A stretch of 64,000 nt of DNA from Perna viridis (Eukaryota), in contig CM074512.1 of the NCBI GenBank assembly GCA_037379345.1, positions 19,344,001-19,408,000 of the forward strand, in the 5' to 3' direction. Positions within the stretch are counted from its first letter, which is position 1, and the number at the start of each line of letters is the position of its first letter. The notes under the pieces are model-generated. The model saw only the letters and a program-made list of their open reading frames with translations. It had not been told where the DNA came from and did not search any database. Below are positions 9,798 to 23,100 of this stretch, one piece after another. The translations under genes and the position numbers were made by a program.

Positions 9798-10527
9798 TAA
9801 CCAACTGAAAATACATATAAAGTAATTTCTTTCTCTAAAAACTTAATTAATTTTATGTATAAGATGTCTAAATTCAATGATTATAGAGTGTTACTTATTA
9901 CTTAACTTGCCATTACATGTTGATTAAAGACATCTCAAACTCAACATCTCAAACTCAACAAAAATATGTAAAATTATTTAGTATAACCAATCAAGCCCTT
10001 TGTTTAATTTGTATTCACTCGTGGTCACATTGTTTTTTTAGTTTTAAATGGAATATTTACAGAATATAATTTGGCGATTAAGATGAGAGCGCTTGTATAA
10101 GCCAAAATTAGTACCCCACCAAAATAACCCGCTATACAGTATTTGTCCTCTAGGTGCAAATTAGCATACCAAAACTGTCAATTTCAGAGGACAAGTACAT
10201 AATGGTAACAGGAAAGCTTTTCAAAAGAACATTGAAATCCTACAGCCATGTAACAAATTTTTTTTATTAGATATAGTATTATTTTTATTTCTAAAACTTA
10301 GTCAGCAAAATTTTTTAGTGTTATTATACCTTCTATTGTCGAATTACTTGTTTTGAGTTTCTATAAAGTTAAGTTGTTTTAGCATGGATGTAAGCTCCAT
10401 TGTTGTCCTTTACAATGCAAGAGAAAAGTAAGTAACCTGGAAATTACTGTGAGCAAAGCTAACTTGTTGATACCCCCTCTCCCCTCACTAGAAACCCTAT
10501 AGGTAACCCCAAAAATCATTCAGATTG

Positions 10528-11328
10528 AAACTCAAGCAAAGAACCCGAATCGCTCACCTGGCAAACCATGCCCTATTAACTAAGTAAGTTAAAGGTATCA
10601 TGCTTTGTTACCATGTTTGACAAAAATTGCTGAAAAAGAGCATCCACTGATGAATGCTGTAAATTGAATTGAGTACCTAAAGCACTGTGAAATGTTGGAA
10701 ATGCCTTCCAAAGTTTTTAGAACCTCTGGAAAAAATTTGGGAAGGGATACCCCATGCCCTGTTATCCCAGAGGGTCATTAACCCACTATACGTTTGCTGA
10801 AAAAGAACATAAAATGAAGTTAATTCATGGCTGTACAACATTTTCATCATCACTTCAACTCAGAAGACTATTTTTACTTCAAAAACCATACATTATTGAA
10901 ATTAAAGTTAGTCAGAAAAACAGATTTCCAAAGTTGTACATGTGCAAAACAACAAATAAAAATCTGTTTCAGGGGCGGTAACTCCTACATTGGGTGATGA
11001 TTCATTTTGAAAATTTTGGCATAGGTCTGTCTTCTCATGGTAAACAGTAATACCCACATCAAAATGTTGCTCACACTGATCGCGTAAAACAACTGTTTTT
11101 GAGTTATTTGCAAAAATCTGTATTTTGACCTGTATGTTCTATTTTTAGTAACAGCAACCATGATCAGTTTGTGCAGGATATCCTTAGGAACAACCATGGC
11201 AAGTTTCATTCCAATTGGTCAAGCAGTTTCATGAAGGAGATGCTTGAAAAAAACTAACGATGACGATGAAGATGGATGCAAAGTGAGGACAATAGCTCAC
11301 ACAGCCTTAAGGCCAGGTGAGCTAAAAA
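10528..11328 (-). mobile_element. Helentron-associated (HINE/pearl-like) non-autonomous element
   Basis: Reverse complement of the 50156-51185 family: TTTTTAGCTCACCTGGCCTTAAGG 5' end, CAGGTGAGCGATTC 3' subTIR, and the same internal core repeat. Confidence 0.7.
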
Positions 11329-12701
11329 GGAGGATCACAATGGCATCATGTGATAGAGAATGTGTAAAAGTTCCATCAAACTCCATTCAGCAATTTTAGA
11401 GGAGTCACAGATTTAAAAAAAAATTTAATTGACCAATGATAAAGTCTATGTTTTTCATCAGGAAACCCCAAAAATCATTCAGATGGAAAAACAAAAGAGA
11501 AGCTGCACAGTGGCTTCATGTGATAAAGAATTTGTGAAAGTTTCATTGAATTCCATTCAGCAGTTTGAAAGGAGTTGTGGATTAGAACTGGGGACAGATG
11601 GACGTATAGCATGATCACTAAATACTTCCCACTTTCCAAACAAGGTATATAAAAATGTCTTGTGATTTAAGGCTTTCTAACTGAACAAACTACCAAAGAA
11701 AACTACTGTTTTACTTGTAAATGAAAATGATTTGTACAGTGAAAGTTCATCATATAACTTAACAAAAGAAATGTCTGAAAAAAAATCCAGATGGTATGAC
11801 AGTTTTGATTAAAATGATGACAAATATAATATCTCCAACTCAAAAATGGTAAAATTGCACTAGAATAAAATTCAAATTACAATGTGGAATTTAAAAGACC
11901 ACATTTACAATTATATCTCATGTAAAATAAATCATTAGCACAATGATAAAAATGTAATGCAATTTTTTTCAGACATATATATGAACTGCCATTTGAATTA
12001 TTTACTTCAAACTACATTTGCCTACCAGGTTTATACAATTCTACAATTAATCTGTACAAATTAAACACTAACATTTATATAAAAACATTTTGTAAAACAA
12101 ACACACACACACACACATACACTGACACTCAATTATATAACAATACTAAATTCTTTACAAAATACTACAAAAATCATATAAATAGCGCAAAATGGTAAAA
12201 AAAACCCAAAAAATTAAATAACAGCATTTTTAAGGTAACGCTTGAATGTACCTATACTCGAGACTTTTGTTGTGCTCATGAGAACAATCCTGACATAAGT
12301 GAAAATGTACCAAGAAATATGCATACTATTACATGAACACTTATAATGTGTTCTTACAATGTTGAAAATAAATAAAATACTTTAAAACAAGCACAATGTG
12401 AACACTCTGGGCATTGTAAAATGTATAAATGTTATCCTTTCATAGAAAAAAAACTTGTATAAAAGCATATATAGCTCAATCTTTTATAGACCAAATTATC
12501 ATTGACAAATTCTAATAATAATCAGTCCATGAACACTGTCATTTTCCTCTATTTGCAATACCAAATTAGGTTTTACTGGTCCATACTTCAAGGAAGTCCT
12601 AAAATTTAGGTTCAGATCATTCACGGACATATTTCCAAGCTGTACTTTTTAGAGAAATGACAGACTGGTCAGTAAGTTTCACAAGGACCGGAGTCTGCAA
12701 A

Positions 12702-12894
12702 CTGTAAATTCAGAAAATATTGCATGCTTTTAATAACTGCAATTTAGTTTTTTTACTCAAATTTGATTTAATTTTTGCAATTTTGAGGTAAATCCTTCAT
12801 CAGAAATATAAAAAGTTCAATAATATAAGTCTTTATTATCTGATTTAAGTCAGTCACAATTACAAAACATGGCAATAATTTCTAAATTTACAAT
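12702..12894. mobile_element. MITE with TIRs
   Basis: CTGTAAATTCAGAAAATATTGC...GCAATAATTTCTAAATTTACAA imperfect TIRs. Confidence 0.6.
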
Positions 12895-13252
12895 AACTGA
12901 GAATCATTGTTATATTCATTCAACAAAATAAAAACAAGTTAATCTAAGAGAAACTACTGGTACAAAACACTAAATGACCTAGATTACCATAAGTAAAGCA
13001 AGAAATTTGAAGAAGCCACATTCACTAAGTATCAAAACACCTTACTGCCTTAAATTTCCTGATTTTTGAAATGATTAGAATAAGTGAGCATTGTCTTGAT
13101 GTCTTTAATATAATTGTTTACATTGTTTCATCGAGATGTACTTTCTAGAAATTAAGAATCTAACACTGTTGACAGTGCCTGACACAGAAATTAATCTTTT
13201 TCACCCTGGGATAAGATAACATGCTCATGTGAGATTTTGTGATTTTGCATAA

Positions 13253-13459
13253 TGTGAAAGTACTATTGCAAGTGGGGTACCAATTTTCATGGTTTTCATT
13301 GGTAGGCCAGATAACGAAATTTGATTCCCAGCGAAATGGAGATTTCTACTGATGTATATATGGAAAACATTAAAACCAAGACTTCAAGAATCCACAAACT
13401 TGTGTTTCTTCCCTAATCCACAAACACTGGAATCCATGAATTTAAGTACTTTCACAGTA
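13253..13459. mobile_element. MITE with TIRs (Tc1/mariner-like ends)
   Basis: TGTGAAAGTACT...AGTACTTTCACAGTA. A partial copy of the 3' half lies near 59165-59253. Confidence 0.6.
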
Positions 13460-13859
13460 TCTTGGTGATGTTCAGATCTTTTTCTCACTTTTTTGTGATA
13501 AAAAGGTCAATTCATTGACCCTGCTAGTAGCTTTTACATCAAAAAGCATCACAAATGTGGCATGTTTTACTTGACCTACCATCTTACATAACTAAAAATA
13601 GTATATGCTTGTCTAAAAATTGAGAAAAATGTTTCTTTTTTTCTTTCACAATTACTGGTAATTTATATAAACATCTAGAATAAAATTCGCTTACTCTTGC
13701 ACAAAAATTAGAAAGCATTATGCTTTCAGTTACTCTTTAAAAACAAAAGTTCATTGCATTAGAATAATAAACAACAAACCAACAAACACTAATGAAACAA
13801 TGAAAACAACCGTAGGATTACTTCATGTTACTTCAGTCTTTTGTCTCATACACACTCTT

Positions 13860-14125
13860 TCATGCATCCTCCTCTTCCTCATCTTCTTCTGGTACTTCTT
13901 CCTCCTCTTCTTCCCCCAATTCATCTTCATCTGGTTCTTCATCATCATCCAATTCACCATTGTCTCCTGCTATTCTTTTATAGTCCTCCTCATCATCATC
14001 TCCAAACAGTTCATTGAATGATTCAATAACTAGATAATTTTGAAACACATCATTTGACAGCTCTGCATTTCCCTCCCGTACTACAATTGCACTCCTTAAA
14101 CCTGCCTTTACAGCTGCACCAGCCT
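13860..14125 (-). CDS. ENOPH1: ENOPH1 exon 6 (last coding exon, acidic tail)
   Basis: AGAAVKAGLRSAIVVREGNAELS...VIESFNELFG, then a D/E-rich tail, with TGA at 13862-13860. Confidence 0.93.
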
Positions 14126-17100
14126 CTGTAAATATAAAGAAGTTAAAAAATACACAGGTGTATATCTACTCAAGGTTTGTAGCTTTTATTAAAACAGTTT
14201 ACCACTTTATCTTGATGAATCATTCAACAGATAACATATTAAACAAGTGTTTAAATGAACATTTCCAATACAGAGACATCAAAATAGAAAATTGGCTTTT
14301 GTACAAAATAATTACACTTCATTTATACTAAGTATAAAATGTTTTGCACGGTGCAGCTTGATTTGACTGTAGAAGTCTAGTCCTGAACAGTTGGGGAAGA
14401 GTAATCAAGGAACCAAGGTTATAGCGGTAATCAAAAGAATGTAATCCAGGGACAAAGACCAGACATAGAAAAAAGACATACACAACAAAGAACATAAAGT
14501 AACTAAAATCATACATACAAAGTAACAAAAGCAAATGAGCAACTTGGACTCCACTAAAAACTGGAAGCATGGACCAGATGTACCGGTAGGGTAAGCATCC
14601 TCTGCTTTTCTAGAAACACCCGGGAAATTAAGGACAGCAGCATTATATATAGTCACATAAAACCCCAAAATGTAGCAAAGACAGAAATGGCCTGGTTGCC
14701 ATCAAGTTGATAAACAGGAAGTAGAAGTGCAGCACACCTGAAATTGCATCCCACAATATAGGACCCAAGACTGAAGTTGTGTATCAAATATCTAGTGGCA
14801 GTGGTTTATGTGAGTAAGGTAGAATTTCAATTTACATAAGGACAGGATGAAAATAGTCTGACAACAAACCACAAGCCTGAAACCTGATGACAGATAGACT
14901 TTTATACAAGAGACCAGTAAATGCTAATGACTGATTGCAGAACACATGGTTTAATCTGAAGACTGCAAAAACAATATATGATCCTCTTTTTATCACTGTA
15001 TACTTCAACACTTACCATCTGGATTGTCAGTTAGGAATAAAATTTCATCTGGACAACAGCCTATGTCATCTGCTATCTTTGTATAGCTAGAACTGTCAGT
15101 CTTCGGACCAGTGGTTGTGTCATAAAAACCAGTAAATAACTGAAATGGAACAAATACACAGTGAACAATATCCTGGCAACTTCTAAACAGTACATCTGTG
15201 ACTGCTCAAATAAAAATGGTTACATTTTAAAGGAAAATATTCACACAATACATTTGTGACTGCTCAAATAAAAATGGTTGCAATTTAAAGGAAAATATTC
15301 ACACTTAAAAACATATTTGTACAATATTAACTGTAATTTTGTTTGGGTGATTTGATTTATTATTGGAACAAAAATCTAACATCTTTCAACAAAACGGTCT
15401 ACAGGGCACAGCCTGATTTGACCAGAGGTCATATCCAGAACTGATAATACATTATAATAAAATGCTTTGTAGGGAGTAGCTTACCGGTACTTTGAAAGCC
15501 GAGATAAAAGCTTGAAGAATCCAGGCAAGTATGGACACACTGATCAAGCTTTTTATGGCTCTAAATTTTTAATTACAATTGAATGTTCATGCTATTGTCC
15601 AAACACCAAGAAAAAGCTTGTTTCTTGTCTCTTTTAAGCCTTTACTTCATGAACTGTTCATTTTAAGACCTCCAATATCTATCCCAGCCTTCCTTTGGTG
15701 GTATGTTACCTTGTGTTACATTTTCAAGGAAATTCGTACACTTTTTAGGACAATAGAAAAATTCTTGTTTTTGGCCAGTTTTGCCCCACATTCTCAATCT
15801 CTTCAAGTCAAACCTAAAATTTAATCCAAGCTTTTCTTTAAGTGGTATTGCACATTGCACAACAATTTTAAATAGATTCATATGCTTTTACCCAAGTTAC
15901 TGTCCAGACATCCAGTGAATGCTTGTTTCTAACCCCCTTTTAGCCCCTAAATCTTAAACAAATCAAGTCACAACCCCTTCCCAAAAGTCCTAGCCCTCCT
16001 TTGTGGTATGGTTCCTTGAGACACAGTTTTGAAGAGATCCATACAATCCAATTAAAGTAGTTGTCTGCACTTCAGGATAAAAATTATTGTGTCTGGCTCC
16101 TTATTTCTACACAGTTAAAAAGTCACAACCCCTGAAAACAGTTTAATTTCAATCCCAACATTCCTTTTGTGGTATGGCACCATGAAGGTCTTTAATAATA
16201 CTTGAGATAATGTTTGGACAACAAATGTCTATGGAAACTGGGCAAGGACATGACTGTCGAAACAATAACACCATACCCTTTATTTACCGCACATATATGT
16301 GTAGATGTCTCCCCAAAAAACTTCTTCATACACATGAATATATTGTGATGAGATGGAACATTGAATGAGTAGTCTCCTCGTTAACCAGATTATGAAAAAT
16401 ACTTTCTACAGTGACATCAAATACTCCCCCACAACTGCCAAGAAACAACTTTGGAAGGTTCCAAAACTTACTTCTAACAAATTACCGTCATCCGTGTTGG
16501 CAAAAAGTAGTTGTTGACTTTCTACACTTCCTGATGAGTAAACATAGACATTTATTCCTATTTCAACTATCTGTTGTAAGTTTGGTCCAACATCCTCAAA
16601 CAGTCTATAACACAAAAACAATCAAATATGACTGCATGATGCATTAAGACTTTACAAATAAATACGTGATAACATATGATGAAGCCCTGCTACTTCCCTG
16701 TCTTGAGAAAAGGTTGTATAAATACTATTACCAGCATGATAGTTTTTTACTGATGCATCACCAGTACCTGGTCTAATGCATTTATTGAGGCATGTAAAAA
16801 GATAGTTTCAATTAACCTATTAATGACAACAGACTTATCTTCATATGTTACCACTAGACAAGATATATAAAACCTCCAATAATGTCAATTCCTTACGCAG
16901 TTATATATTCTCACAGTTTTCACTAACAATGGGAAAAGCAGTAAAAGCCAAAATCACTGTACAATTGAACAGTATATTACATGTTGTTCATTGAATGTTT
17001 TATGTACTAATTGTATCCTTTCTTCCCCTAGAAATATTTATTGTCATATTCCTATCATTTTAAATTTCATGTAATATTAAGTGTGAAAATCTAATTTTCT

Positions 17101-20100
17101 GTCAACCAAAATAATTTTATGCTAGTGAATAGTGAATAGAATAAGGTGTTCAATTGCAATTGCAAATTGTAAGCAATGACCTCTGTTTAAGAACTCATTC
17201 AGAACTATTTTGCAAGTGTACATTGTAATAATAAAATAGGAAAATGTATATCAGCATTCCTATAGTGAATCTGCGAGTCGCACAGTAATCATCAAAATTA
17301 GGACATGATTGATCGTTCCTAACTTACTCTGCTTTTAACTTCTCCTGGTTATACCCTTCTCTCCAAACGTGTCCTTGCAATGCTTTCAGTGCTGTTGATT
17401 TTCTATCCTTGTCCATCTGCCAAATCACATTTTCCACACAAGCTTTTATTACGTCTTCCTTGCAAGCATCCTCTCCAGGTATACATATACATCCCTCAGT
17501 TTTTTCTTCTACATCTTTTTTCGCCTATTGAGAAAAAAAAAGATTTGCATAGTAATAAAATGCTTCAACACGATTCTGACAAGAATGTGAGAGGTCAAAG
17601 AACTATAATAAATTGTATGTAGACATGGGAAATAAGCATTTATACAAAGTTAAAAGAAATGCTTTTTTCAGACCCCTTTTGTCCTTTTTTCAGAGAAATA
17701 TTTCTTTTTGGCCCCTCTTCATCCCTTATTCTTTCATAAGTATGATAGCCATAACCAAAATCAATTCTAGCTAAACTTTGGTGTGATACAATTTCATTAT
17801 TCATAGCAGTCAGTCCACAAGTTGCAAATGTACAGTCAAACCCCAATGTGTCAAACTCAGAAAAGTCCCAGCAAAAATACTCTTATTCTAATACAATTTT
17901 ACTTCCGATGACTCAATCTCTAATGAATCAGATCTTGGATAACTCGTGGTTTTCAATCATTCCCCTCAATAGGATTTCCAGGTTAATTAACCCTGATGTC
18001 TCAAAGTCACATAATTAGTCAGAAAAATGCTTTATTACAAACCATGATTGAAGTGTGTTTTTACAATGATTGGCATGGCTTTTGAAATAATTTGTAGACA
18101 ATCTTTATGGCTTGACTTGTGTATTAAATTAATCCAAAATAGCATGTGTGGTGAAAAGAAACGAATTTTATTAATCACACATCAGAATTCACACTAGATG
18201 TCTTTCAATGTGAAGCGCAAGACATCACGAAGTACCCAGTAAAGTGAAGTAAATATACATGCACAAGCACAACAAATGATGTAAATGCAGAAACAATCAT
18301 CACCCTAACTATTTCCAGAATATACTAGACCTCAGATTACTGCAACCTCGGATAACTTGAACAATTTTTGCCTGGTCCCTTCGACTTTGACATAATGAGG
18401 TGTATATAGCCAAGTTTTATAACAGGCTTGTTTCTGGCCCCTATTCCTAAGCGGTAAGGCTATCTTCCAAAAAAATCAATCAAAACCTTAGTTTGTGGTT
18501 TGAAATCTCATAGATCCAAAAAATTTTACAAAAGTTATTGTCCAAAATCAAGAAAATACTTGTTTCATGCCCACTTTTTTTTACTTTATCATAATAAATT
18601 ACGATTCAAGTTACAATCCAAAAAATCAAATCTTTCCTTCTGCGGTTTGACACCTTGTGGTTCAAGTTTATATAGATCCATAAATGCTTATAATTAGGTT
18701 TAGTTAGATTTAATGAAATGCTTGTTTCCAGCTCAAAATTCCAAATTAGTTTGGACCAAAACCCCAAAAATCAATATGAATTTTCCTTTTGTGGTTTGGG
18801 ACAGTGTAAAATGTTACAGCCATACATGTACATCAACTTGAGTTCAAGTTATCTAACAAAAAGCAAGTATCTATGGCTGACAAAACAACTATACCACCAC
18901 AATTTTTTGTGGCTGTCTAGACTAGAGGCTTTAGAGCAAGAATTGCTTGCATGGCTTGAAAAAGCTACATACTAATTTTTGTAAAAGCACTATGTTTTTT
19001 CATGGATAAGAAATCCAAATGGTCATTTTGTGAAAGATACTCCAAAGAAAAATCATACAAACTTCCATCAAATTGTATCCAGTAGTTACAGGAGAAGATT
19101 TTGAGTAACAATCAAAAGCAGCAAAAAAAAATGTCAAAAAAGGACAATAGCTTCAACATGGTTGCAACATATTTAATGGAACAAAAAGATCTAATTAGAC
19201 TAAACATTGTTATCCTTGGTCAGAATTTGGTAACTATTAACAGTTTTAAAGAAGAATCCTGTCCGACCTCCATAGCATGTTTTCAACTTTCATTGAAATC
19301 TGTCTAGTAGTTACAGAATAGATTTTTGAAAGTAATAACATAAAAATAGCTAAAAAAAACATCCAAATTGGCAATAACTCTAATGCTTTTAATTAAGAAA
19401 TAAATCGCAAAAACTCCATTTCATCATTGTTTTACCACAGGCTTCCATTTATGTCAAATTGTTTTATAAATGGTCAGCCCACAGTTAAACAATGATAAAA
19501 TGGAGTTTTTGTGATTTATTTGGACTCTAATATGACTAGTTTCTTCATATTTTTGAATAGATATAGCCTATGTGTTGCACAAAATGTTGGGCAAATGTTT
19601 ATCACTTTTTTTTACCATGGCTGTGATTAAAGAGATTTGAAGCACGTCATATTAAAATGAAGATTTAACCACATATAGACCTCATCATAATGAACACTTT
19701 ACCCTTACAGAACTTGGCTAAACCTAATTGTTATGAAGATGTAAGCAAAATTGAAGTCTTATTTTTAGTAATGGTGGCCATTTTTTTAATGGATCAAAAA
19801 TCCAAACTGTCATTTTGTGTACGATACTCTCTGGAACAATCACACTAACCCTCATTGAATTCTGTTCAATAGTTATTATAGGAGATGATTTTTGAAAAAA
19901 AATGTTAATGGTGATAACAACAGACACCAAGTGATGGAAAAGGGAAAAATGCAAATAGTCACTTAATAGAAGAATGACCATTTAGTTACGGACTATCAAT
20001 ACAAATCTAGGAAGGCTTTCACACTAAGAAGTCTTCACATATTTTTAATGAAAGAAGTATCAACTCAGTTTAAAGCAGGATATTTTTCAGTGTTATCATT

Positions 20101-23100
20101 CATTCTAGGGAACCAAGATTCTAGCAGAAAAAATTAACTGCAAAATATTCTTGCATTTAAACAAAACATGCTGTTTTTGTTTTAATTAAATAATTAAATG
20201 TATTGGAACATTACTAGCACTAGCTGGAACCCCACAGTTTGTGTTAATAGTGCATACATTTTTTTAAATGCTCTCCTTGTTGTTATGTTACTATGGTATC
20301 AGATTTGTACCAGCCAGCTAGCATACAACAGAGGGAGATGAAGCACTAAAAGGTACATATGCTACAATTAGTATGCTTTGTACAGTAAAACTATATTATT
20401 TGTATTAATCATGTAAACACACTTAGTATGACTGATTAATAATATCTGTATATTAGGCACACAATATTAATCTCTGGTCTGATCTTATATATCTTATGAT
20501 TATATCTTAAATATAATGGATTACTCATATTTAGTATATATGACAAGAAAATACTACATGTAGGAGTTATTTTTACAAAAAAGTTCAAGTCCATTATATT
20601 TTTGGATAAGTATACACTGCACATACTTAACTTAGTTAAAAAAAAAACAATTTACATGTTACAGCTGTATAACATGCTAGAATAAACAAAAACCAACATC
20701 CATCAAAAACATTAAACTTGTAACTTACTTACCAGTTCTCGCAGAGCCTGAATGTCCTTTTTGCATTCTTCCTCATCAAATTTCCTCGTCAAATAGTCTT
20801 CTACATTTTCTTTTACGAAAGGGATAAGAGTTTCCTGTAAAATAAAAAATATGATCCTAAAACAATTCATTGGACTAGATACAAAAATTACCAGACTCTA
20901 GTAGGTACATTTGTATCATCTTCCATTGCCCACAGCTACATTGTTCACACAATACAAGAAAATTAAATCTTTGTACATGGTACCAATACAGTGGTTACGG
21001 ATAAGAACATACAAGCTCTAATACCTCAAGTTGAATCCCCCCACACCCATACAATCATTTGAGAATCTTGCTTCATGATTGCTTAAAAATGTAGTTAAGA
21101 GAAAGAAATATAAACGGTAATCAGAATTAGAGAGGGACATGCACCATATAGGACATCCTAGATTAAACTGCCCTAATTAAACATTTTTTATACAAAAAAA
21201 TGTTAAGATTAAAATACACTGCATTACCCATAGGTTAGTCCTTACAGCTATTATAGACATCAAACTGCATTACATGTACCTTAAAATTAATACCTAAGTA
21301 TACGAAATTAATACTGTAACAAACATTACTTATGAAAACACATGGCAGGAAAGGATGGTTTAAAACATTGTACATATAATGATATATCAGTTTGGCCTTG
21401 TAAGGTTTATTTCTTGCTTTGCCAGTTTGGGTTCTTAGCTACCTCTCATTCAATAGCTAAATGTTACAGGTATTGTCTGGAGGTTGAGCAGGTCATTTCA
21501 GAGAGAAAAATCTCACAATTCATCAACTTTCTTGACAAAGCCCATTCAGCTGTTCTTGGTATAAGTTTAATGATGGCCCAAAGTTGGAGTCTCCTATCTT
21601 GTGTACCTTCTTCTGTTTCACTTGCCATTTTAGTGGTGATGCCATTAACACTAAATCTCAGAGGATCAATTAAAATACAATGTACATTTGTAATCTTAGG
21701 GTTAAGTGTATTGATCAATTGGTAACATTTGGTGTCTTATATTGTTTTCATTCCCAGAATTTGTTTTCCAAATTGACGAATTATGACCCCAGCCATGAGA
21801 AGCTAATGCTAGTGTGTTCAAGTAACTTTTCAGAGCAGGATTTTTTTGTCAGGATAAGGGAGATCACTTGCTATAATCAGATCATTTTGAGGAGGAGTGG
21901 TGAGTTTAGGCAATACTGGCTTGGTTCAAAGTTGTTCAGATGGATGCTGCTTTGTTTTGCATAGTACTCCTTTTCGTAATAATTTTTTTTTGTAACAGTG
22001 ATTGGGATTACCGTGCGCCATGCACCATAGTCACATTTCCTTTTTGAATGGTGCATTGAGTGACTAATGCATCGCATCATGTGCGTACATTAAGTTTCCA
22101 TCATTGATGGTGGAGTGTTGCTCACTACTTGTGACAGTAAAAAAGGCATGAACATGTCTTTTAACAATGTTTTCATTAGCTGCAGTTGGATGTTTTGATT
22201 GCCACGTTTTCGAAGGGATATGAAGACTGGGGAATGAAATGGTACCTTGTTGATTTTTTAGATTAAATATTCTTGATCGCTTACGCGTTTGAAAGAACAA
22301 TAAACATTGTTTTAAAGAATGAAATCAGGAAATCAGGACTGGTGGTTCCAGTTGAAATTGAAAATGCCACCAAACACATTTTTAAGCTTGACCCAAAACA
22401 GAAGAAATTATCTTTTTCAAAGCCTAAAAAATATTAATGATGGTAATCACCAGAATCAAACTGCAATTGTTGTAGAAACTAACTAGGCAGCTGGACACGG
22501 TTATGTCTTATGAACCCACTATTGGAAATACTGATAATGGTGGAGACATATTATGTAGTTCTGAAGCACCCAAAAAAATCCAAAATCTGATTGCAGCCGA
22601 ACAAAAAAATAGACTCTTTCCTATCATTTGTGATAAACTACCAGAGTTAAATCTAAATCAAAGTAGCATGGCATGGCACCATGCCCTTTATTAAGAACGC
22701 CATGCCCCTTTCCAACACGCCAAATACTCTTTTCGGTCGCGAAAATGTGCCCCAGTTAGAATTTTAGCCCTCCTGAAACTTCGCCGCCATTTTCACTGCT
22801 TTCCTAACACGATTTTTAGGTCAAATTTGACAATTATTTTGCCAAAATTACCTAAAAACTCCTAAATCAAACCCCTAATTTGCATTTCAATCTCATTTAT
22901 TTAATTAAAAGAGTCTTTAATCCCACAAAAGAAGTTAATTCTTGTCTAAACAGGTAAGAGTATGTTTTATGACAGGTGAATAATCTCCGAGCAGCAATCA
23001 GCTGATCAGGGTTTGACAATCAGAAAATGAATCCTGATTGGATCTACCACTATTTGATGAACACCAAACATTTTCTAAAGATTAAATTCTACTCCACAAT

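Noticed and set aside
13800-14021. Very hydrophobic 73-aa plus-strand ORF
   Set aside because: Antisense reading of the GAA/GAT-rich acidic tail of ENOPH1.
9558-14668. Hydrophobic ORFs 9558-9800, 14328-14570 and 14405-14668
   Set aside because: They are translations of the T-rich Penelope-like tail repeat, not genes.
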